Shown: positions 55,125 through 64,000 of the stretch, one piece after another
How the letters are laid out: each line of letters opens with the position of its first letter
How positions within the stretch are numbered: position 1 is the first letter of the stretch
NCBI GenBank assembly: GCA_051530055.1
Contig: CM121342.1
Span: 14,213,480-14,277,479, forward strand
DNA: 64,000 nt
Source: Neoechinorhynchus agilis
Taxonomy: Eukaryota > Animalia > Acanthocephala
Direction: 5' to 3'
Notes under the pieces: generated by a model
Seen by the model: the letters and a program-made list of their open reading frames with translations, nothing else
What the model was told of the DNA's origin: nothing
The model's database searches: none
Made by a program: the position numbers and the translations under genes

Positions 55125-57900
55125 TATTCTTTTAAAAGTTACTTGATATATCATATTTTGTTCAGACATGAAATCATTCACACCGCCGCTATGGATCACT
55201 CAGCTGCCATCCTGATGTAACGGTCGAAAGAACGGTTTTAGCGTTCCCTCGTTGCACAGCAAGACTTATGTTTTGTACGAGGAATGCTCCTGATCTCGAA
55301 TCGCCAGTGATTCGTCTCAATCGCTTGGACAATTTCTTGACCAGATCCTGCGCCGCGATACCAAACGACCCGAGCGTCTCGACGCCAAAGGGAACAAAAT
55401 AATAATTTCGACTCAGGTAACTATATTTTGTTCGTTTCACGCGCGTGGCGTCCCAGAGAAGGCATTTTCCTTCTCGTCACCTGAATATTGACACCGTCCT
55501 TTCTACGGCCATCGAGTCGGCAAAGATTGCTCGGCTCTAGGATGTTGGATGCATTCACAGTATTCAGGGCACGGCTAAGAATAGCGTTCACGTCGACGTG
55601 TCGTGAGTACCTCCCGACTGATTGCCGACAGACGAGACCATGGCGTTCCGATGGTTTCACAGTCGCTCCGCAACGGCAGCGATGGGATGTGTACGTCGGT
55701 ACCCCAAGTCTCAGGGACACTGCAAATCCATAATGTCTTGTCGGAGAGAAGGGAACCCACAGAAGCGATTGGGATAGCGTTGAGCCAAGCACTCCATTCT
55801 CTTGTAGAGCGGCGCCAATCGAGTCCGGTTCACCAGTTCACGAGAATCTGAAATTAAAGATTTGTGAATTCTCGTTACCAGGGGTTAGTCTCGAATTGAT
55901 TGTTTGCAACCATTGACGGGTACCTGCTTGCTGCATATCCACACCAAAGATTAAGCGCCTCCACGAAATTTTCATCCAAAGTGTAATTCTTGCCAAGAAC
56001 GGATTTAACTATTTTGCGGTTTGCTCCATACGATACCAATTAAGCTGACAGAGAAATATCTGCTGCTTTTCGGATACCCAAACCCCCGGACGACACAGGC
56101 AAGAACGTTTTACGCCAGGTCTCGCCTGACAGCTGAGTATTTAACATTTTCTCGAGAGAGGCTTTCACCGTCTTGTCTGATTTTGCCAACTTATTCTTAT
56201 CTATAAAAAAGGTGCTGTGCGCAGCTTTTACAGCAGTTTTGGAATAAAAAGGGTGTTCTTTATCTGGAACAGAGCCTCGTGTGATGATAATTCATCAACG
56301 CGTTCGCTCAGCACCGAAAGTTGAAGATTAGCAATCTCTGCTTCAACATTAGAACCAAAAATGCAACTTCATGGAAGACAACCGGTTTAGAGTGATGAAT
56401 TCTATCTCGGGGACCAGGTTCTGAAAATCTTTCACGATAGTTTGCCTGGACGCCTCATCTTCCACGTTCATCACTAAAATCTCGCATTTCGCAGCATTCA
56501 ATTAAATGCCAGTTTTCGCCGTCTCCTTCACGAGTGTTTCTAAATCGCGCAGTACTACAACCCATTAAAGCTGCACTGGAGAGAGTGCGCGACGGGATTG
56601 AGTGCGAGTGAGAAGGCTATTGGGCCCAAAGAATCCCCTTGTTGAACTCCTTTTTCTGACCACAAAACGTGGTTATTGAACGAGGATGTTGAAGTCTTAT
56701 CGGCATTAAAGAAATAGCGAAATTTTTCTGGTGCGTGATGTCTAACTACTTCGAGCAAATCTGCTCGGCGAACTGTGTTAAATGCATTTTCGCAATCACC
56801 TTTCAAGATCACGCACTGCTTTGAGTTTCCGGTGATGAACGTGCGGAGTGAATGAACAATCGCCTCTGCGCCACAAGGTGTACAGCAGCCTAACTGAGTA
56901 GGGTGAAGCATCATCCCTACTTTTTCCGCGATCCTTTTATTAAAAAAAATTGCTGTTGAGCGGCGCAGAGTTCCAATTGGAATGAGACGAGTCCAACTTT
57001 CCTTTTTCGCGAGGGCACACAAGGATGTGCCGAAAAATAACTCAATTGTTTTCGGAACCAACTCAACCCCTGCAAATTGGTCGACTAGGCGTGCCAATGC
57101 ATCTTAAAGGGACTGAGCAGCGTCACATACTGAAAAGGAAGTCATATCCTTTAGGTGAAGCCCGTGAGCTGATCCGTTTGCATTCGATGATAAAATATAA
57201 GGGATCGTATCGAAGGAGGAGGATTTAACGGAAAACTGCCGACCGCCGTCACTCGGATGTTTTGAATGAAGAGTTCGTAGTTTCTTCGTTATCTTTGGCG
57301 AGACTGTCCATTAATGATAAAAGACGAACTGCTCTTCTGTCATCTCCGCTAGCGAGCTTCGAAGAAACGCGTCTAGCAAGCGACCGATTTGAGTTTTTGC
57401 GGTGGTCACGCTCCTAGACATACTCCGTACGTAGCTCGCATGCTGTCGAAAAGCACTGAGTAAATTTTCGTCAAAAGAACTTATTCGCTCTTTTATTTTT
57501 GTGGTCAGAGATCCCCAGAAACATCACCAGCAGAAACCCCTAGTCTAGGGAACGCCAAGAGACGCATCTACGACAACTCTGAGTTAGTCTCGATGCAGTC
57601 TGTCAATATAGGGGTTGAATCTCTTTGCGGCCTGATACCGCGCGCCCATTGGGATTCTTCTCGGAACGTTCCTGGGCAGAACTCGCACAATGTTCCCTAC
57701 AAATGGAATTTCATTTTGTGCAGGTGATGTCGTGAGAGGATTTTGGCGCACACCATCAATGGACTTAGGGGGTGAACCAGAACCGCCGCAGCGAGAATTA
57801 CGGGGTCCATCTACCCTAATAACTCCTGTTTTCGTTAGGGAAAAAATCCCATTACAAACTTCACATTATCCTGGTTGAAAAAATCACATTGACGTTGTTA
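55125..57900 (-). mobile_element. Degraded CRE-clade non-LTR retrotransposon (RT plus C-terminal restriction-like endonuclease)
   Basis: HPTQLG, AEAIVHS, DCENAFNTV, GVQQGDSLGP; CCHC-like CRCG...HGLVC...RH; FVPFGVETLG, LAVQRGN. The 5' limit is approximate. Confidence 0.85.
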
Positions 57901-58099
57901 TCTTCACTTGGCTCGTTTTGGGCGGGCAAGTTTTCGTCTTCATATTATGGTCTAGCATCCAAATTTGCCCTCGTGGAGGCATCGGTGTCGTCGGTGGTAC
58001 AATAAAATGCCTTTACTTTTGATGATAGGACTCTTTTCCTTTTCATTTTCAAACTAAGATTTTAGGTTATTATTTCTTGAATCTTTTGTATTTTAGAGA

Positions 58100-58700
58100 T
58101 ATGAACATGATTGTAGGCGCAGTGGATGCCCAATCTCGAGCACTTGCGAGGAAGAACGTTGAAAGAAAGCGTAATTTTAATACAGAGAATATTACAGTTA
58201 TACAAACGAGAACAGGCGGATTGGGACAAGTATACCGCTCAATTCGAAATGTATGAACATCAGTATATGATGATGTACAAGATTTTTTAACACAGTTTAT
58301 ATCGATTGGAATCTGATTTGGAAACTATTGGCGCTTTTAATGTCAACGACAATCCTTTTGCTTCGCTAAGAAAAACAATTCTTATATTTGATGTTTTAAA
58401 TTTGTCTGATTCCGAAACCTCAGTGAACTATGCAGTGGAAAATTACATCAGTCGAAAGGCTTTTACAGATCCAGATCAAATAAGAGCGAATTGCAGCAGA
58501 ATACTCAAAATGACTGAAAATGAACTAAGGAGACTTGCAGCGGACAATTGTTTTTCATTCGTTGTCTTTATTTGATTATTGAGTGGAATTTTTATGGTGT
58601 AGTAAAGATGGATTATGGATATGATTTTCCTCAAATGGAGGAACGTGAGATGCGTTGTTTTTTACGTACAGATACTCAGAAATTCGATTGTCTATCTTTT
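58100..58700 (+). CDS. Small orphan multi-exon gene convergent with CCDC130
   Basis: Short GT-AG introns can join LYKREQADWDKYTAQFEI to LYRLESDLE...; no domain recognised. Confidence 0.4.
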
Positions 58701-58710
58701 TCGTCGTAAA

Positions 58711-59822
58711 TCAGTCAGAACTACTGGAAGAGTAATTCAACACTAATTCTCCAGTTTTTCTTTCCTTATTCGTTCTCCTCCGTATACAAGAATCCACTTT
58801 CGTCATTTGATCGCGCAAATCATCTCTAAGACTTTTTTGGCGGACGTCCTCCAAAGATAGCTTTCGTTTATTGAAATCGAGTTTTTGGGTGGTTTTTTTG
58901 ATCTCCATTAAATCCTTGACGTACTTTACGTCGTCTGCGTGTTCATCGGCCAGCATTGATCCGAATTCACGCAATTTCGATTTTTCATCCTTTTGTTTTG
59001 AAGGCAGACAAAAACAAGTCTGCGAAGACAATTTGAACCTACCCTAAACTTGGCTCTTGCTTTACTATTCAAATCATAATCGAATTTATAAGCTCGTCTA
59101 GCTCGTTCCAATGCTCCGATTGATACTTGCTTCTCCAATTGAGCACTCGCATTCACGTCTCGCTGCCGGTGCTCTAACATGAACATTGGATCCTTCGCTT
59201 TTCTTTCTTTATCCTCTTCTCGATCAACTAAAACTTGTTCATTTGTTTTGGGATCCCATCTCAAGTCCTGTCGTCGGCCTCCGCTTGATACAAAATAAGT
59301 CATATTCTCTCGTAAGTTTTCGATAAAAAGAATTAGACCATTGACTTACAAACCTTTGGATCGGTTTCTAATTCAATATGATTGTCGCACAGATGACATT
59401 TCATTCGAAAACGCCATAGAGGTGTACTATAATACATACCAATTTTCTTTTTCTCCGCATTGTATCTGACAACAACGATAATCGTTCTTGTAAGATACTC
59501 TTGAACGGTTATCGCCACCTTACACCCATTCCGATGTGGTTATTGCACCCATCACACCAAATATTAAATGGCATTTCGAATCTGTTTTTTATATAACAAT
59601 GCAGTGACATGAAAAAACGGTGGTGAGCTTACCGGATGATGAGGATTCCTTGGTCGAGTTTACGGGCACGTTCATGAAGAGCATGAACGCCCTGGTATGC
59701 GTTCAAAGAATTGTGACGCTTCCAATTGAAGTCTGGGGGATAATACTTGTTTTGTCCTTTTCTCTCGCCCTGGAATCGGGTTTATAAGCCAACAGAGACA
59801 AACTCATGCAGGTATTTACCAT
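58711..59822 (-). CDS. YJU2B: Splicing factor CCDC130 / YJU2B, 5 exons
   Basis: [66 protein letters not shown]; all four introns are GT-AG. Confidence 0.93.
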
Positions 59823-60662
59823 TTTGGAAGAAAAGTAAAGTCTCTTCTCTGAAAAGAAAACGATACACTGTAGGATATGTTTCTATCAAAGCGGCGCATC
59901 CTTGGGACCTAGAAATGCAGCGACCGTTGCTGAGAAACGAACTGCTTTATACCGATTGGCGTAGAGACGCTCGGTGTACTTCTGCCCAAGGAAAATGCGA
60001 AATTGGTCGCTACTTAACGAAAAAACTATAGGCCCTTCAAGCCTAACCATAAGCGGTCGAGGGAGCCGATAATACGATATGCAGCCCTTACTACGCAAAC
60101 AATACTTCCGATTTAACAAGAATGCCAAAATAATTTACTTTGTGGTGCAAAGCAGAGTTATAAGTAAAAAGAATTGAAACTTACAAGCAACATAACTGAA
60201 GAGGTAAGCAAAAAGATTACGAAAGATTTTAAAATAAATGATCAGCACCAGCAACACCAATCCGGGGGAAAACATCGCCAAACTCGAATCAAATTCACCC
60301 CGACGACAATTCTCTATGATATAAGGAGTAAAGTAGATGTGCCGCTTTGCATTTGGCTGACATTATTATTAAAATAATTTGGTTAATAGGGAAAATAGAA
60401 AAAGAAAGGAGGTGGCAAAAATATTTTCAGCATACGCGTGTTGAGATTGATCAAGATTTACGAGCTACTCACACTCTCGAAGTAACAAATATTATTTGCC
60501 CAGCGTTGTTCATGGATCTTTTGTTAGAAATGCGCGGGCAATCTGTGAAAGAAGTGCAGCTTAGGAGTCTGCCGTAATTTCTCCGAAAGCTAAAACCATG
60601 ATACGTCATTTTTGTTTCGCCTCTTCCTCCATCAAACGCAAACAGTGTGTTTTTCAGAATTA

Positions 60663-61476
60663 ATGCTTCCAATCGGTTCTTTGTGTTACGAGGGGCGTAT
60701 GGATGACGTTGTTTCATTGCTGACGTCGTCACCAAAGCCAGCTGACGTTGTGAATAAGAAGGATTCAACTGGTCGAAGTGCATTTCACTGGGCTTGTTCA
60801 AACGGATCTCTTGATCTTGTGAAGGCCCTCGTGGAGGAGTTCGGCGCGGATGTGAACGTGAAGGATGATTTGGGTTGGACTGGATTAATGGTTTCTGTGA
60901 GTTCCAATCGGAATCCCAATTTAATTGCATATTTGATTAACGGGGACGGACATGGTGGCCCGGCGATTCATCAGATCAACTGGACTAATGATAACTGTCA
61001 GAACATTTTACAAATGGAAGTTTAAAACTTATTCTGAGAAGTTCTTAATTTCCAGAATACATTATGCCGCTTCAAAAAACTCACTTGAAACATGTAGACT
61101 GGTCTTAGAGACTAAGCGATATAACATGATTAATGATTCCGATAGGTACGGCTCTACAGCTCTACATCGAGCTGTATGTAAAGCGTCACAAGCCCTCTGT
61201 GAGTATTTGATTGAACGTGGGGCAAGGGTTGACAAGGTGGATTGCGAAGGAAATTCCGCAGTTCATTTGGCATGTCAAGAGGAACGTAAGAGGATTGCAA
61301 TAATGTTGGTTGAGAAGGCTGTAGGTAGCGTTAACGTCAATAACTTATTGAAATCGAGAAACAAATCAGGTCTTTCCGCCCTTGACTTGGCGACAGATCC
61401 AAGTGTCCGGAAAATGTTTGACGATGCTATAAAGAAGGATCGTGAGGAGCAAAGCAGCCTAGAAAATCTTAATTAA
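60663..61476 (+). CDS. PSMD10: Gankyrin (26S proteasome non-ATPase subunit 10), 2 exons split by a non-canonical 49-nt hairpin
   Basis: GRSAFHWAC, DDLGWT, HYAASKN, STALHRA, EGNSAVHLACQEER match the gankyrin ankyrin-repeat series. Confidence 0.85.
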
Positions 61477-63589
61477 TAGAATTCATCCACTTATTTTAAA
61501 TCCAAAATTTATTGTTCGGTTCTTTTTTTGACAATGAATTCTCTTCTATCAATCTTTAACTATCACAATGCTGTTTTCGTATTCATGGAAATCACTTTAA
61601 AATTGCACATGCACGTTAAATTTATTAACTGTAGATTCTGTTCGATTGATCATCCTGATTGATCGCTCTAAGTACAAAATAAAATTGATTTATAGTAATT
61701 TATAATGCATAAAGAACAAATCATTCTCTGATGTAACGACCATTTTCGTCCGTTTTGTGCCCTTTTCTTTTTGAATGTGTCAACTCTTCTGATTTAAAGT
61801 TTGAAATTCTACAGTTCGAAGGTGTTGTTTCGTTATAAATACGTTGCAAAACACATTCTGGAATTGTTTTCTATTGGCTAGTTTTCATAACCAATAATAT
61901 GGGTTTAAAAAATTAACGATATAACTATATAGCTTGCAAAATACATAAATATGAGAAAATTAGAGATCGATAAGGTCTAAATTCAAGCTCCAATGGCAAA
62001 CGTTTTACATGGATCTTGATTCTATAAAATGGCCTTAATATTGGATTTAATAAATGCATTTAAATTGATGAAGAAATCGAAACTATGTCAATTGTAAAAC
62101 ATCTTCTGCCATATTTGGATACGATACATATTCGGTGAGGTTTAAAAATAAAATTTTAAATTTTTAAGTTAAATTCAAACCCAGGTTCATATTTATCAAA
62201 TTTAAAATACATAAAAACAACAAAAGGACAACATTTTTTATATAATTCTTATCAGTTTTCACTTTATTGACTGCAAATCTTCAGAGCGATATCACGAATC
62301 GCATGCGAGCCACTAAATCCGAGAGACGAACTCCGAATTCCTAAACCAGCTCCCCCTTGATCGCACTTGAAGGAATACTAATACTCTCGAATCGCATTTG
62401 AAGATTTCAGCTCATAATCAAGATTGTAATCACAACATTCCATTGGATTCAAATACCGGCGACAATTGTTTAATATGGTTTCTTCTTTACTAGTCTCGGA
62501 CGAACAGTCTTATATATATTATTGTATTTGCTCAAAAATTCCTTACAGATAGCAAGTAATTTATTGTGCCAGAATGATCACTCGTTCAGTCACTACTTTC
62601 AACTCTGCATGTTCTTCGTCAGCTTCTGAACACTTTTCAGTTTAAATTGTTTTATTACAAGATAATAATTTATAAGCAGAAAATCGATTTCTACGCGAAC
62701 AATAACTTCATTTCCATTAGTGAATATAAACCCGACTAATTATGCACGAATTGCACTCGTGCGTACCCTTAAATTCAGGGATGCGCTCTTCTGATTTTGT
62801 TAATAATTTTAATACTTTTGTATAATAATCTTATGAACTTCACTTTTTAGATCTCAGTTATTTATATTCTGTGCCATACACTCTCACATTATTTCCAGTA
62901 AAAATAAGAGTTCGTAAATAAGCTTTTAAGTAGCAAATCTCATTATTGAAGAAATTATATGAAATTCACGACGTGATGGTAAGTATATTTGCATTTCATT
63001 TTCTATCCAATATTATTCTTAATGGTCTACCAAACCGATATTTACCAGTAATCGCTAACCGAGTAAACAATTGCGATTCTTGACATACGTTCAATCTTGG
63101 ATCGGTGAAGCTCTCTTTTGAAACGTCGCATCTTGCGACCGATTATCGATGGCTTTTGGTTGAAGTACAGAGACGTACGACAATCTTTTCACCTGTATTT
63201 TAATTTTTCCGAGAATTTTTGTCAAATTCACGAATTTAAGATTCGAGCTAAAATACCGAAGGAATGACTCTGCAAAATTAAATACGGGAAAATCGTGATT
63301 CTCTATTACTCGCCGAATCAACACGATCCAAACTTGTTAGACGCAAAGAAGTCAAAAACTTCAAGTTACATATACAAAAATCAATGAAGTGGATGCCAGA
63401 AATCTTACGCTGATTTTAATATCGTCTGTTTCATGACAAACATCTGCAGTGTTAATAGTTAACGATCAACAAGTTGATATGTTGAAATTAATCGAAAATC
63501 AAATCGAACGAGATTCTATGATTTAAATATTTAAAGCACTACAGCTTTATTTATATCTTCAAACTATAGAGATTGCAAACATCCACTCC

Positions 63590-63810
63590 ATCGTTCCGGA
63601 TCACTCAACTGCCGTCCTTGTGTAATGGTCGAAAGAACGAATGCAGCTTTGCCCCGTTGTCTAAGTTTTTAAGGACGAATGCTCCTGCCCCATGATCGTC
63701 GGTGATTCGTCTCAGTCAATTGGTCAATTGATTGACTAGGTTCTGCGCTACGGTACCAAACGACCCGAGTGCCTCGGCGTCAAAGGAAACGAAATAATGA
63801 TTTCGACCCA
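63590..63810 (-). mobile_element. CRE-like 3' fragment; another remnant (GGAGLGIR) at about 62280-62450
   Basis: GGATCACTCA.CTGCC...GGTCGAAAGAACG and GTACCAAACGACCCGAG are shared with 55190-55400. Confidence 0.75.
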
Positions 63811-64000
63811 TTATGACTTTGCCAGACCCACATGATGGATTCGAAAAATAAACTGTATAATATGATTCAATATTTTGGTTTATTTAAATGATGCAGTTCT
63901 TAAATTCACAGTTGCCAGTTTAACCTATAGTTTTTTGTAGATGTCATTGGATGATATTTTTATCAAAGAATCAGACTCGGTCTGGTCAACGTTTATTGAG

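Noticed and set aside
59886-60128. 80-aa minus-strand ORF upstream of CCDC130
   Set aside because: TTG start, no motif, and located in the divergent promoter region; CCDC130 has its own ATG at 59822.
61000-61070. Archaeal/tRNA-type bulge-helix-bulge geometry
   Set aside because: Unpaired nucleotides between junctions and stem total 4-14 across cases and do not fit a fixed BHB spacing by eye.

Overview
This is eukaryotic nuclear DNA from a compact-genome invertebrate animal; the species cannot be identified from sequence alone. It is AT-rich and gene-dense, with many 35-60 nt GT-AG introns. Recognisable genes: p70 S6 kinase, RhoA, V-ATPase V0 subunit a, phosphoglycolate phosphatase, ALG1, Timeless (TIM2/timeout type), ZIP13-like zinc transporter, an S1 serine protease, PWP2, a nested muscle LIM protein, 14-3-3, CCDC130/YJU2B and gankyrin, plus several orphans. 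Between genes lie decayed Penelope-like, CRE-clade, LINE and Ty3/gypsy retroelements, foldback/MITE elements, a SINE-like family and a 165/179-bp satellite. Main observation: manual splicing against conserved protein motifs shows about 9-10 intervening sequences in otherwise intact housekeeping genes that GT-AG splicing cannot remove (RhoA, PWP2, gankyrin, ALG1) or removes only poorly (V-ATPase a, ALG1, Timeless x2, ZIP13). Each has its two ends joined by a 10-16 bp stem. Differences between stem arms are mostly G.U-compatible on the sense strand, and several junctions carry short TA-containing direct repeats. This suggests a structure-defined, non-canonical intron class coexisting with ordinary spliceosomal introns in an animal. 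All exon structures, alignments and stems were derived by hand against reference proteins recalled from memory and need RNA-seq confirmation.
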